DNA from: Octopus vulgaris
Taxonomy: Eukaryota
Reading direction: 5' to 3'
DNA length: 64,000 nucleotides
Assembly: GCA_951406725.2 (NCBI GenBank)
Contig: OX597818.1
Span: 33,914,001 to 33,978,000 of the forward strand
A model generated the notes under the pieces. The model saw only the letters and a program-made list of their open reading frames with translations, was not told the origin of the DNA and did not search any database. How positions within the stretch are numbered: the stretch's first letter is position 1; every line of letters starts with the position of its first letter. Below are positions 25,865 through 41,466 of this stretch, piece after piece. A program made the position numbers and the translations under genes.

Positions 25865-28306
25865 CTTAATTACAGAACTAAAAAAAGCCTCTTTGTATAT
25901 GTATTTGTATGCGTTATTCTACATTTTACACATACTTATATCAGCACATATTTTTCGAGTATTTATATTTTTTATACTTTACATGTTATCATTTTCGTTT
26001 AAATATGTCTATGTATTACCATTATCTCAATATTCCGCTTCTGATTCATGGCTTATAATTAATAGATAGTATATATATCTTTCTAGATATTCCATATGTA
26101 AGTGCCTTGAGCAGTCTTTATAGAAATCACCTATGGCTATCAAACTGATTCTACATAATCTTCCTTTTTAATATTTATAATTGATACATACACACCTTTT
26201 ACCTATTTCGGTTATGATTACATTTTGAAATTCTTAAATTTTATTTTATACAACATAACAATATTGTTTATAAACGTTTCGCCATCGTGCCCCTAATAAA
26301 TTTTCCGTGTATTAGCATCTTAAGTTTCTTAGTGTCTTGCCCCTTTAACTGGTAATTAGCATCATGATTTAAAGTGTACCTCTACCCTGCCTCTTTTTTA
26401 TAGACAGTTATTTCTATCAAGTTTACTTTTCCTAATGTCTTATTTCCTTTCTCTTGGAGAAAAGGGATACCTATGATAATATTTATGACCATACCTAGCC
26501 ATGAGCTGTTAACTCACTCTTGTTCTTTATTCAAAATAGACACAGTCTTCCAGTTTCAGATTTAATACATGATAAAGAGATGAATAAAATAGAAATTAAT
26601 TACAACACTTACAACTCTTTGACCCCACTATGCCCCATGCGATTCTAAGAAATTGTAGTCTATTCTTAGCCACTCTGCTACAATAGTGACAACATGAATT
26701 TCTTCCATCTTTTTAATCTGTTAAAATAATTAAGAAAAATTATGTTAATGTGTCCTACTTGTTAAAAAATTCTATATTTCGTGCTGCTGAAGATAGCACT
26801 GCTTTTAAATTAATGTAAATATTGCATTGTTCAACTAAATGGTGCCACTGCATTAATACTTGATATCCTGTTGCTTATTTTGATATATATATATATTTAC
26901 TTATATATATAGCAGTTTGTATATCTCACGTAACGTGAATATACTGTAAGAAAGCAACAATACTGCAGTATTCATCTTGTGAAAACATCTTGTATGGACG
27001 TACACTACTAAAAAGCACAAAAGTGTATCAGTAACAGACGAAAAGAATACGAAAAAGTAAAGAAGACCAGATCGAGAGTAAATTGATGTGTAAAGGTGTT
27101 TGGAAACTCATAGCACGCTGTAGACAGAGGAAATGCTCTCAGTATGCAGAAGACAAACGGACGACCTCTACATGCAGTCAAGCATCTTTTAAGCAACCGC
27201 CTGACATGAAAGCATATAGGATGATATAATCAAAGCTATGGTATGCTGGAAAAAGATGTGCCACAAACATAATGCTTCTGTTAATAGAACAGCTTGATCT
27301 GGGCTCTTCTGGACTTAACAAAAATAACAGAACAGCAACAGCCAGTTTCTAAGTAAAATTTAGTCGTATTGGATTTAAGGTTCAATGTCTCAAAAGGCTA
27401 CTATTCATACATTAAACAATATCCCAATCCTTTCGATTCCCAATATAGTGTTCCACAGACACACAAACAAATACACAAGCATATGCATACATATTTATCT
27501 TTTAGGACTGTGGATCTTGAAGCACATACAGCTATGAATAATAGGCTTTATGTACTTCCAGATGCACTTTTCCATAAATGACTTTTATTTCACGCTCTTT
27601 CGAAAGTTCATAAAATTCTTATAACGTCAGCAACTTGTGGCCGCATCAACCGAATCTCTGTGTGTGTTTGTATGAGTGTGTATGTGTGTATCTGTGTCTC
27701 TATGTGTCTGTATGTGTGTCTGTGTTTGTATGCGTGTGCATGCGTGCGAATGTGTATGCACGTGTACTGAACAACTGAAATAACGATATCTAGGAACAGA
27801 TTCGATCTGTCATGACCTACTGAATAATTTAATATTTTATAAAACACAGCGAGTTGAACTAATTCCGGCAGAAGTCTTTTGATAGAATTCCAGACGAAAA
27901 CTGTGTATAAATCTCCAAGTCTAAAAATGCGATTCACATAACATTCCTAATTGAAAAGGGTGAAAATCACGTCAATCTAGAAGCAAACCAGAACATAGGC
28001 TTTTATCACCTATTTTTCTAAGGCTATATTGTATATTCGTGACTACATATCTGAAAATGTCTCATACTATGAACTCTGAAATAATTAGAAACACTAAATT
28101 ATTAAATCAACGATAATTATATCCACAAGTACGTCAAGCTTTGATACACGCCTTATAGCAACCTAGCGCAATTTATCTTTCAAAAATATGGTTTTGTTTT
28201 CGATGTATGTATTGAGAGAGACACGGCAAAGTTTTAAGAGAATTAGGCCACACACAGAGACCGCTATATGTATAATGTATATATGCATTAATCATACGTG
28301 TATTCA

Positions 28307-28366
<60 letters not shown>

Positions 28367-28367
28367 A

Positions 28368-28398
<31 letters not shown>

Positions 28399-28402
28399 TT
28401 CA

Positions 28403-28462
<60 letters not shown>

Positions 28463-28501
28463 AATGTACATATATATATATATATATATATAATTTATAA
28501 T

Positions 28502-28575
<74 letters not shown>

Positions 28576-29048
28576 GTCTGTAGATAAGTAGATAGGTGTA
28601 TGTGTGTGTGTGTGTGTGTGTTTCTGTGTGTGCGCCCGTGTATTGCGCTGCTTGTGGAAGTGAAAGAGAGTCTGTGAGAGTATGCATGTGCGGCAGTTCT
28701 TATGTGGCTTCGTTATGTGTGAGTGAATCTGAGTGAATAGAGATATAATCCCCCCCCCTATGGAGATTAATATTGCCAACGAAAATACATTTTAATTTTT
28801 GCTACTTTGTTCTGTTAATCTTTCAAACATGATGTTTATTACATATAATATATTTTTTCCTTGCCATTCTAACACCGTTTCCAAAGCAAATTATATTCAC
28901 TTAGATAAACATTCTCAGACACACTATCAATTCTCACCTACCACGTTCACATTTATCATCAACGCAGTATTGACACATACAAATACGAGAGCACGCTCAT
29001 GATTACATGGATATATATGTGTGTGTGTTAGTGTGTATGTAATTATAG

Positions 29049-29094
<46 letters not shown>

Positions 29095-29220
29095 ATGTAT
29101 GTGTGTGTATTGAGCTTCGTTGATATGTTAATGAATGCCTCATGACGTAGAGTGCGCATGCAAAAATATTAGACAGCTGTAGCTGCTTCAGTACAATTTA
29201 TATCTCGTATTTGAGTGTGT

Positions 29221-29490
29221 ATGTGGAGGCGCAATGGCCCAGTGGTCAGGGCAGCGGACTCGTTGTCAGAGGACCGCGGTTTCGATTCCCAGACCGAGCG
29301 TTGTGTGTGTTTATTGAGCGAAAACACCTAAAAGCTCCACGAGGCTCCGGCAGGGGGTGGTGGTGACCCCTGTTGTACTCCTTCGCCACAACTTTCTCTC
29401 ACTCTCTCTTCCAGTTTTTTGAGTAACGCTACGATGGATTGACGTCCCGTCCAGCTGGGGGAAACACATACGCCACAGAAACCGTGAAGG
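29221..29490 (+). mobile_element. tRNA-derived SINE family D
   Basis: TGGCCCAGTGGTCAGG A box, GTTTCGATTCCC B box, AAGCTCCACGAGGCTCCGGCAG shared with 44428-44712. Confidence 0.8.
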
Positions 29491-30125
29491 TATAGGTCCT
29501 TAAATATTATCCCAGGTAAAACCAGGCAGTATTTTGAATGTTGTGTTCAGATTGAAGGGATGAATTGAGAGATTTACTTGTAGGAAAATTCTCCACGTGG
29601 GTGTATAGTGTAAGAGAGACAGACATCATGATGGACAGATAGATCAGAAAGAAAGGGGTAGAGAGAGAGAGAGAGACGCATAAAGTGGTTGGGATCACTA
29701 AATATCCCGACAGTTAACTAGCACTTCCACGCTCTTAGAATACTGAATGAATGCATAAATATTACTAATAATTCTACAGGTCAATATAGCAGCCCTAGCA
29801 AAGTCAAACTACTGTATAATGCTCCTTAACATCTTATAAATTCATTTACGCAGCAATGTAACTCTGTAGCATATTACCGGCTTATAATATAGTCAAGAAA
29901 CAAGAATGGACAGCTATAACATAGCAATGTTTTGATGGCTTAGCGTTTAGGATATTCGGCGCACAACTGTAAGGTCGTAAATCGATACCTAGTAGAGTAT
30001 TGTGTCCTTGATCAAGGCACTTTATTTCACGCTGCTCAAGTCCACTCAGCTTGCAAAAATGAGTATGCTGACATCCTAACCACTAAGCCACGTCGAGGCC
30101 ACGCACCTCGACACCAGTGATGTAT

Positions 30126-30182
<57 letters not shown>

Positions 30183-30186
<4 letters not shown>

Positions 30187-30609
30187 CAGTATCGCCCGGC
30201 GTTGCTCGGGTTTGTGAGGGAAATAACTATATAAGCATTTAGAGAGTTATAGAGAGTTTAGAGAGTTATTAGAGAGTTATAGCCAAAAAATAGCAAAAAC
30301 ATGCATTAAAATGGAAAAAAAAATTATGGTAAATTTTTTTTTAAATCGTTGACTCATCGTAGACATTTTTAGAGAGTTACTTCCCTTATATAATAGCGAA
30401 AAAAATGCATTAAAATGGAAAAAAATGATGGTAAATTCTTTTTAAAATCGTAGGCTCATCGTCGACGCGCGCTAATACCCAGAAGGGCTCGATATGAAAC
30501 ACAACTATAAGATACCTGGTTTTGGTTAAACTGCACCGCAAAATGTGGGAGTTGTTAGGAATCTAAATCGTAGGAGACAGACACACAACTTCACTTTTAT
30601 ATATAAAGA
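30183..30609 (-). mobile_element. Non-autonomous Helitron
   Basis: Minus strand starts A|TCTTTATATATAAAAG and ends with hairpin CCCG-AGCAACGC-CGGG, then CTAA|T; internal direct duplication and AGAGAGTT repeats. Confidence 0.8.
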
Positions 30610-30641
30610 TATACATACATACACACACACACATACATACA

Positions 30642-30727
<86 letters not shown>

Positions 30728-31733
30728 AATGTTAGCAAGCTATAACATGGCTAAACGAGATAAATTCACCAAGTTCAATGTTGATAAAGTTCAGTTTGCA
30801 ATCGCAAAGTAAGTCACAGCTTATTATTATCTTGGGAATAATCATAGAAAGCACCATAGAAAAATAACAGAAAGAGATTTTCAGAATAAGAATGTTGAAT
30901 AAGTATGGAGAAAATATGAACGAGGGCTTGTGTGTGTGTTTGTGTATATGTTTCTCTTCGTGAGAATCGTTCCTCATTCGGCATCAGTTCGTCTGGCAGT
31001 TCTGGAAACAGTTCTGTCGAAAGCATGAATAATGTCTTTACGACCTCATGTAATATGAAAATAAAACCTGCTGTTTTATGAGAAGAACTCGCCAAAATTA
31101 GAACGAGCTACAAGTATTTAAACAAAGAAATTGCGTAAAATACATTTATATGACATGCAGAAGGGGCATATCGTCTGGGATCTTTTTTTTTTTTTCACAC
31201 GAATTTAAAGGGAACTGAACTTCCAATAAGTTATATAATGTACAAAACAGAGGACAACACTTCTGAAACTCTTTTCTTATCAACTTTTGATAAAATTGTC
31301 GAAAATAATTATAAGATTTTACACCAAGCGGTACATTAAGAGTGATTGTGTGGCCGTTACCAGTGTTGTTATTTTCTATAATTGGTGAAAATGTTTGGGT
31401 AAGAAATAGATATAGAGATTTAAATAATTTGCCTAATACTTTAAGTAAACATAAGAAATCTGCGACGCGTTGCCTCGTAGTGATAAGAAGTTTTGTTGAC
31501 AATTTACTTTATTAATGCATACTGTTAGCTTATGTATTTACTCACAGCATGCACCTAATAGCTATATGTCTCTCACTATATATGTGTGTATGTGTGTGAG
31601 TGTGTGCGTACGAGTGTGTGTATGTGCGTGTGTACGTGTGTATGCATATATGTGCGCATATGAGTATGTATTTATGTATGTATAGATGGAGGGATGGATA
31701 CTTCTATGTACGGATCAACTTCACCAGTTACAG

Positions 31734-31765
<32 letters not shown>

Positions 31766-31818
31766 ATATACTTATATATATATATATATACATACACACA
31801 CACACATATATATATATG

Positions 31819-31864
<46 letters not shown>

Positions 31865-33229
31865 TGTATATGTGTGTGTATGTATACATCCCTGCATATA
31901 TGTATGTATGTGTTCACGTATCAACTTCTTCAGTTTCATGTTCCGTTGAAATCGAGGATCACACAAAGCTTTCTCAAAGAACCTTCTGCAATATTAATTA
32001 TTAGGTATGAAGAAATATCTACAAGTGCACAGTAAGATGGCTGTCATAAGTACGTTATTATATGTGTGTTATGCGGTATTTCACCTATGGCTAAATCTTT
32101 TCTTGTTTGAATTTCAAAGATATTTTCTTCTCAACGTAATCCTTCCTTGATCTCAGCAGCACTATTTATCTTGCTTTCAACAATTATCTTGGATCATTTT
32201 TATAGCTCTATATGCAGGAAACCCATTCCTCCACACTTAAACAAAATGCACAAATTCACAGGTATATGTATCTATAAATGTATGTATCTATGAATGTATG
32301 CATATATATATATATATATATATGTATGTATTTATGTATGAATGTATATAAGTATGTATGTATGTAAGTATGTATATATGTATGTATGTATGTATGTGTG
32401 TATGTATGTGTGTGTATGTATGTATGTATGTATGTATGTATGTATGTATGTGTGTGTATGTATGTATACAAGGAGCTTTTCTTTAGCTGATGTAAAGTAA
32501 TAGGTATGTACTATGAGTGCTCAGTTTAAAGTACTGTTAAAACTCCGGTTTCAACTGCAACTGAAGCGTGCGGAGTTGAGAGTGTCTATCAAAGGCGGCT
32601 AGAAGTCATTCCTCCTTGAGCAGGTGGATATAGATTAAAAACAAAATTAATTTAAAAAGCAAAATATTTGGCGTCATTCGAAAAACACTTTTGTATGTAT
32701 GTATATATGTTTGTATGTCATTATTCAGTTTATTTCAAGATTTCATGCCAATAGAGAAAGAACCGGTTTCTAACCTAGATCCAAGGCTCCTTCATCGGAA
32801 TATCACCATCAACAACAGGGTATTTTTGTTTGTTTGTATGTATGCATGGATGTATGTCTGCATGTATGTATGTATGTATGTATGTATGTATGTATGTATG
32901 TGCATATTTGTATGTCTTATGTATGTATTCTCATGCAAATAGTTGCATATCTAGACATGCTCATATATATTTAAATGATAAACTTCTGGAAAGTTCTACT
33001 GGTTTTTACAATTCCGCTGATAGATTGGATGCGTCGTCTTCGAATTAGCTGGCCCAATTTCTACGTCCGTAGAAATACGATATTTCTTTGTTCTCCCAAA
33101 TAATTCTTTCCTGGTGCTATTTTCTTCTTTTTTACTTCAACTTCATCGTTTAGATAATTGTTCATCACCAACTCTGTTGGACTTACCCACAATTTAAGTT
33201 GTCTAGAAAGAAACTAGCCAGTGCCACTG

Positions 33230-33420
33230 AAGGTAGCAACGCAAAAAGAATTCAAGAGACGGATTATTCTGGATATTAAACTTGTTGTTTTAAAAAACTT
33301 TGAGGCGGACGGAAAACATCAACCACATTGCCAAAACATTAAAGTTTGCAATGTCTGCAATAAGAACAATAAGAAACGAAAGACAGGGAATAAAGTCAAG
33401 CGCTCCAGAAGTCACATCGT
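33230..33420 (+). pseudogene. Possible pogo/Tigger transposase N-terminal HTH remnant
   Basis: KRRIILDIKLVVLKNFEADGK resembles the KR..ITL..KL.VI..FE.G pattern. Confidence 0.4.
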
Positions 33421-34373
33421 TAACTGCTCGGACGTACCAGTGATTTTCAAACAGTTTTTACCTATGATTTTAAAAATTTAATAAGTGTCTTCCCCGAAAA
33501 TGTCTCAGAACTTCTGGAAAGCATCTTGTAAATTCATTCTTGTGTTCGGGCATTTGTTTCCGAGTTTAGATCTTGTTGATATCAACTTAGCCATTTGCTA
33601 TTGTGGAGTCGATAAATTATATTACCAGTGAAGAAACGGGATCCATTTAATCGACTATTAGACTGTTATTTCATAAAAAATATATGGAACTTGTAGTGTT
33701 GTGTCGATGATAGAAATCAGTGTTACTAATTATAATTTTCCTATTTATGAGATGAGTGCTAGTGTTATTAATCTTTGTAATAAATCTTAGCTAATTTTAT
33801 AACCGAGATTATAATATAAATATGAAGGATCATTAATTAAATGTTGAACTTCATAACTACAAATGCTACCATTTACTGAGTGTTCTCTCATTAAGACATT
33901 TTTATTAGAAGAAAATCCTAGACATGAACCAAATTCAATAATATATTGCAAGTGTACTAAGTAACCAATGGAGTCGGATTTTTTTTTTGCACGCAAGCAC
34001 ACACACACATATACATGTATGTGATTATACCCATAAATATATAAGTATGTATATACGCATGGGTATATATGTGTATGAGTGCATATATACGTATATATAC
34101 ATATAATACATATACACGTATGTATGTATGTATGCATGTATGTATGTATGTATGTATGTATGTATGTATGTATGTATGTATGTATGTATGTATAGAAACA
34201 GATATCTAAATAGCAGCTCATCTCTTTGCTTGTATGGTTATTTTACTACAACGCATTCTTCAACAATAGAATTTATATATGAATATGTGAATCATTTGTG
34301 TTATATATATATATGTATGTATGTATACATACAATATATACATACACACATATATATATATATATATATATAC

Positions 34374-34441
<68 letters not shown>

Positions 34442-35309
34442 GTTGTGGATGAAAATAATATAACTATATGTATGTGTTTATGTATATATAACTATTTCTC
34501 TTTTCAAACATGTATTCACTTATCGTGTCCACTAGTAAATGTGGCAAACCGACGGCCATCTTGCTTTTGCAAATTCGTTATTCATTTATCTGTAAGAAAC
34601 CTACTTCTGCGAAATAACGTCTGAAATATTCGTCGTTCAAATCTTGTTTCCAGTGTAGCATAGTGAAAAATAATTCTGTCTAATTCGTACGCAATGATTT
34701 GTTGCTAACTGTATGCTTTTTCGTCATTAGTTTAAGCGAAAGCGACAAGGAAAGCTACCGAGATAACATTCTACGTCATTCGAGTATCTTTCATGTCGGT
34801 TTTCCTTAATAAGATAAACGAAATGAAGTTCTCTTGTTTAGCTTTACTGTTTATCTTATTTAGGAGAGAAGCACTAGTGGAGTTTCTCTAAAAATTGTCT
34901 TTTCGTCTCCCATGCTCCAATTCAGTAAGTTTTCTTCGTTTCTTCACATTCATTTACTCGCTATCAATTTCATACACTCTGTCTTTGTCATGCGTAAGCC
35001 TGTCTCCCTGTATCATTCTCTCTTTTTCTCTTTGTCTCTCTCTCTCGTTCTCTCTCTCGCTCTCTCTCGATTCTCTACCCATTTTATTTTACTTTCACTC
35101 TCACACATTATCAGCTTCTCCCTCAGCCATTCATTCTCTCTTTCTTTTCTCATGTACGTGATAACATTTTTTACTGAAAATAAATTTGTATGAGAAGTCT
35201 ATGAACTTGTACATTAGCGTTAGTTCATATACGCATTATTCAATGCCTCACATATATGTACATGAACTCTAAACACATCAACAATTTTATACATTAACAA
35301 TAAATATAC

Positions 35310-35353
<44 letters not shown>

Positions 35354-35417
35354 GCAAATGTATATGAAGAAATAAAAGAATATACACAGAACATAGAGTG
35401 ATGTGTATCTATATATA

Positions 35418-35455
<38 letters not shown>

Positions 35456-35689
35456 CGTGTGTGTGTGTGCGTGTTTGTGTGTGTTTATGTTTTGTGTGTG
35501 TGCGTTTGTTTGCGTGCTTGTGTCTCTCATCTTGCATGTTTGTGTGTATGAGGAACAAATAGGAAATGAATATAAATTGAGAATTTTGTTTTGTACATGG
35601 AAATGTGTTTGTATTTATGAAAGTATCTGTCGTTTTGCCATACATTTCTTGTATATAAATAAATAAATGCGCCTGTGTGTGTGCGTATG

Positions 35690-35736
<47 letters not shown>

Positions 35737-35782
35737 GATATCTGCACATTTACGTATACGCATATATACATACGTATATGTA

Positions 35783-35831
<49 letters not shown>

Positions 35832-36937
35832 ATATGTATTACTTATATCCATATTTGTAAATATGTAATACATAGGCATATATATTTATTATTTATGCTA
35901 CATATGTGTATCTGAGTATTTATTACTGATATTTGCAAAGAGCTTTCTATATCTGTAACCAAAAATATTCTCATAAAAACACTATTCATTTTTATTATAA
36001 TTTATTCTTGTCGACCTTTCACTGAAAGGAACCTTACCCATACAGGCCATTGATACATGCCACGCGTACTTCAGTATTACAAATAACTTTTTTTTAAAAA
36101 CTATAACGTTATTGCAAAAGAAAAATATTGTACTTGAGTTATGTTATTAAATATTCTAAAAATTCACCAGTGTGTTAAATCCCACAGAACAGAAATGGTG
36201 GTATTGAACTATTTGGTACCAGAACTCAAAAGCCATTTATCCAACGTCCGCGAAGTAAGATAACAAATCCATTGGTCGAGCAGGGTTTGTTAACGAGTAG
36301 TTATAATTCTGGATAGATCAAAGTGATCGGTGAGAAATGAGGGAACCTCCTTAGCAGAAAACGGTAGAATAACTTAGAATAGATAGTAGCAAAATTGTTT
36401 GGAACATGAAGAGTTGTTAGTTGTAGTTGGGTATAACTAAGAGATACAAAAGGATTACAGGATAATCCTTATAGCTTTCAATGTGATCTTGCAGTGATAA
36501 ATTCTGTACAGCCTAAGGTGATGAAGGAAACCAACGAAAAGGACATCGCAGCCTCTTGTATATTAATAGAAGTACAGCACCAAAGACTATTAATACGATA
36601 ACTGGATTAGAAAAACAGGTGGGATGATATTTGATGATTCAATTTGATCTCAGCAGTAATTAAAACACAAATGTGGTTCAGAATTTTTATAGCGCTTGTT
36701 GGCATTCTCCAAATTTAGAAAAAACTTGATTAAACAGGTTTACTTTATTTACTTTTGTGAAGAGGGGATTAAAGTGTATGCACCACTTACAAACCCTATT
36801 TTTAATATGTCATGGCTCTGTTGTCATGCGATGATACCAACAGAGAAGCCAACAGTATGTAGTTTCTGTGCGTTCATGTGTTTATATAGAGGTGAATATG
36901 CGTTTCCCTGTTAGTGTTAGAGTTTAATTGCATTTAA

Positions 36938-37159
36938 TCCTTTAGTGTACAGATTAATCTGTTAAGTGTAATACTATTTTTCACTCAAACCATTTAAAAT
37001 TATTCATACATTATCTTACATCTTTGAAGTTTCAATGGTGTGATAGTTTATTCATAGAATGTCAATGTAGGTTAGGTGTGAGAGGCTAGATATGGCCAGT
37101 TTGAATGTAAAACATGTAGGATATTTGGGTCGGATATGGCCGACTTAAACACCAAAGGG
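36938..37159. mobile_element. piggyBac-like MITE
   Basis: TTAA-TCCTTTAGTGT ... ACACCAAAGGG-TTAA: imperfect TIR with TTAA on both sides. Confidence 0.7.
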
Positions 37160-38360
37160 TTAAACACTAAAATCTTGTTGCTTTTCTTACAACAGAAAAA
37201 GAAAATACTCACACTAATATTTGTGACATGTACATAAAAATACTGTTAAAGAAGGTACTAAATAATTTTTGCGGTGATAAGGCTTGTTAATTTCTACAGA
37301 TATTTATTAATATAAATAGAAACATTATCATTTCTAAATCTCAGAGATATTCAGTAACAGTACTTTAAAGTAAATTAAAAGAAAGGAGCGTAAATTTAAT
37401 ATTAAGTTTCCTCCCAAATGCGATGCTGATCATGGCCTGTGAAATTCAACCAAGCAAGATTGGAACTAAGAACACCCTGGGATAAACTAAATACTATGCT
37501 TGATGAGTTATTGAATCCGCCAATTTTCATTCCAACATTGAGGTACTGGCATTTCAAACTCAATAACGTGTACTTATGTCATCGTCTTCAGAGACAATCT
37601 AATTCCCTAAATTGATTCATAGTAACACTGAAAGCTCGGAACATAAAAATCCGTAATTAGATACGTTCAGTCATTTAATTCGACATTCTATTAGTTCTGT
37701 TAGCAACTTGCTTCTAATTACCAACTGCTATTGTTATTTATTTCAATGTTTATTGAACCTTGCCTGATGATACTCAAAACTACAGCTCTGACAAAAAATA
37801 AGTTAACCGTAATCTTCGAAGATATGTCTTTTATTGCACGGATATTTTCAACCAACTTCTCACCATATACTAAAAGACAATTGTAGATACTTTTCATCGA
37901 CCAGAAAAGGATTCCGAGCAAAAGTTCATACCAGTGATATTCGCTACTTGTTTCCTAGCTCAACGATGGCTCTCGTCCTTGTAAATAAATCTGGATTATA
38001 AACGTTGTAATTTCCACTCTTAACTACGTTACTTTCTTTCACCAGACCTTCCCATTTCAAATATTGCATTGACTGCTTTGTTTTATTGGGTGATTCTTCC
38101 ACTTATGTATTTATGTTTTATCTCTATTATTGATGTTTGCATTTTGCTTCTATACTCATTCTCATTTATTATTGCTGTACCACTCAGCAATGGAATTCTA
38201 CTGTTGTAACGACCCAGGATATTTATAAAAAACACTTTGGAATTAGATGCATGTTTTTTGGCTCAGCATTTTACCGCCCTTAGACATTTTTATCTCTTTC
38301 GTCATATTAATGATTCTATCGGTTTTCGAGATTATTTTTTTCGAGATTTGTTTTTGCATT

Positions 38361-38445
<85 letters not shown>

Positions 38446-38515
38446 TATATATTCATATATATATATATATATAAAAATATATATATTCATATATATATAT
38501 ATAAAATATATATTC

Positions 38516-38566
<51 letters not shown>

Positions 38567-38943
38567 TACACCCGCATATAGATAGATACATACATACATA
38601 CATACATACATACATACATAAATACATACACACACATACATACATACATACATACATACATACATACATACATACATACATACATACATACATACATACG
38701 TACATAGAAGTTCTTTTAAGGTTACGCATTTTTTATTGCTTTTTATGTACGTATATACATGCATGAATACACACACGCACGCACACACACACTTCGCATA
38801 TGCACACATATATAAAGACGTTTCCTTGTAAATACATATATATATATATATGTATATATATATTTATATATATGCGTGTGTATGTGTGCACATAGCTATA
38901 TAAAGACACACGCACATGTATTGAAATATTTTATGCATAATAT

Positions 38944-39003
<60 letters not shown>

Positions 39004-39264
39004 CTGTGTATGTGTGTGTGTGTCTGTGCGTGTGTGGATGGATGGATAGATAGATGTATAAACATAAAAATACACAGAAATATATTAAAACTGTCGACTA
39101 TTTTCTTACATTACAATACTTCCAATAATTCCATCGCTGCCTCTTTTTATTCTTCCACTAGTTTATTGTCTTTTCCATTACCATCTGACAACTTTAACAT
39201 TCCATTCTCTTTATCATTCCCATTTTTCTTATCATACTCACCCCTCCTCTCTCTCTCTCTCTCT

Positions 39265-39298
<34 letters not shown>

Positions 39299-39394
39299 CA
39301 ATATGTCTATCTGTTTTCATATGCATATATCTACTTTTTCGTAGTAGCATATTTTTGCTGACGCTCATACACACACACACACTTGTTTGTGTAC

Positions 39395-39470
<76 letters not shown>

Positions 39471-39672
39471 TATAGACACTTATATATGTATACACACACG
39501 CACACACCCACAATCATACACGCACTTGTATGTATATGTATGTATATATGTATATATTATTGCCACACATATATGTATTTACACACATACAGACATATAT
39601 ATATATACACACATACATATACATATATATATGTCTGTATTATTGGCACATATATAAGTACACACACGCACA

Positions 39673-39777
<105 letters not shown>

Positions 39778-40287
39778 GTTTATATATATCACGGTATCTA
39801 TTTTGGAAAGCCAACACAATGTATTTTGAAATTATTATTAGTATTCCAATTTTTTTTTTCATTTTAATCAACGATATTTCGGTCATTTAAACGATATCTC
39901 TAGAAAAAAAAAACAAAAGGATTTTAAAATGTTTAAATAGAAAATCATTCGGAGTTTGCATGAAAACATAACAGTATAGGAAATTTGGAACATATTGATC
40001 GCAACCAGATGGTGCTCCTCTCATAGTCTGTGAATTTCGATGAAGAAAGAATCCTGCCTTCTTGCACAACTGTGTAAGTTGTGACATCATTTGTGGGAAG
40101 GTGTTGATTTCGCAAGTGTATACTCGTACATATGTTTATCTTTTATCTTCCACTTGTTTCAGTCATTGGATTGCGGCCTTGGAGAATTTTAGTCTAACGA
40201 ATCGATCCCGGCGTTTTGCCTTTTGTTATTCTACCGGCCTCTTTTGCCAATCCGTAGTGGTTGTGGTTGTGGTGGTGGTTGTAGTAA

Positions 40288-40320
<33 letters not shown>

Positions 40321-40602
40321 CAGCAGCAGCAGCAGCAGCACCAAGGGCACGCGCTCTAACGGCGCGCCGTTGCATCCAGCGTTGGTGATTCCCTACTCCT
40401 GGCGGATGATACCTTTGCATTCCTCAAGTAACCCATGGACAGTCGTTGCTTTTGAGGGTTTTACGAGGCTGGAGTGCAAATCCTACCTCAACTTCTGGTA
40501 GTCACCTTCTACGACACACAGGGTCTATTCTTTAACATAAAAGTCCCCATGCAACACAATATAAAATTATTGTCTTTTAATAATGTTAACAGAATTTATA
40601 TT

Positions 40603-41020
40603 AAGGTGGCGAGCTGGCAGAAACGTTAGCACGCCGGGCGAAAAGCGTAGCCGTATTTCGCCTGCCGCTACGTTCTGAGTTCAAATTCCGCCGAGGTCGA
40701 CTTTGCCTTTCATCCTTCCGGAGTCGATAAATTAAGTACCAGTTATGCACTGGGGTCGATGTAATCGACTTAATACCTATGTCTATACTTGTTTGTCCTC
40801 TCTTTGTTTAGCCCCTTGTGGGTAGTAAAGAAATAGGTATTTCGTCTGCCGTTACGTTCTGAGTTCAAATTCCGCCGAGGTCGACTTTGCCTTTCATCCT
40901 TTCGGGGTCGATTAAATTAAGTACCAGTTACGCACTACGGTCGATGTAATCGACTTAATCCGTTTGTCTGTCCTTGTTTGTTCCCTCTGTGTTTAGGCCC
41001 TTGTGGGCAATAAAGAAATA
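40603..41020 (+). mobile_element. Family A SINE dimer (full unit plus head-truncated unit)
   Basis: Junction AAAGAAATAG|GTATTTCGTC near 40836; TSD AGAATTTATAT at 40591-40601 and 41021-41031. Confidence 0.9.
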
Positions 41021-41191
41021 AGAATTTATATCAGCAGAATCGGTGAAGCTATAAGACAGTGCCTTGTGATGTTTACGTCTAATCAAGTTCTGAGTTCACT
41101 ACATCGTCTTTCTTGTTGAGAAGTTCCAGCATGTGAGGACAACGTTTTTGAGGCCTCGCCACTTCTCTTTCATCGTTTCAAACTCTCACTT

Positions 41192-41236
<45 letters not shown>

Positions 41237-41389
41237 TTCACTCTCTCTCTCTCTCTTTCTCGTGCATAAACATACTCTCGTCTCCAACCGTCGTTCCTTA
41301 TTTACTAAACAATACCAGTTATATGACGTGGATGTGCTTTCCCCAAACAATATCTAACCAAACAATATGTAACCAAACTCCAATCTTAA

Positions 41390-41466
41390 AATCGACTCCG
41401 AAAGGATGAAAGGCAAAGTCGACCTTGGCGGAATTTGAACTGAGAACGTAACGGCAGACGAAATAC
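41390..41466 (-). mobile_element. Family A SINE fragment starting at GTATTTCG
   Basis: Reverse complement GTATTTCGTCTGCCGTTACG..GTCGATT. Confidence 0.85.

Noticed and set aside
26930-27330. Possible old RTE RT C-terminal fragment
   Set aside because: Only isolated short motifs (ILYG, YAG); insufficient.
30960-31080. Ser-rich short frame ENRSSFGISSSGSSGNSSVES
   Set aside because: Short, no convincing splice sites, no homology recognised.
36150-37990. Possible ancient LINE endonuclease fragments near 36400-36600 and 37718-37921
   Set aside because: Resemblance too weak to call without a search.
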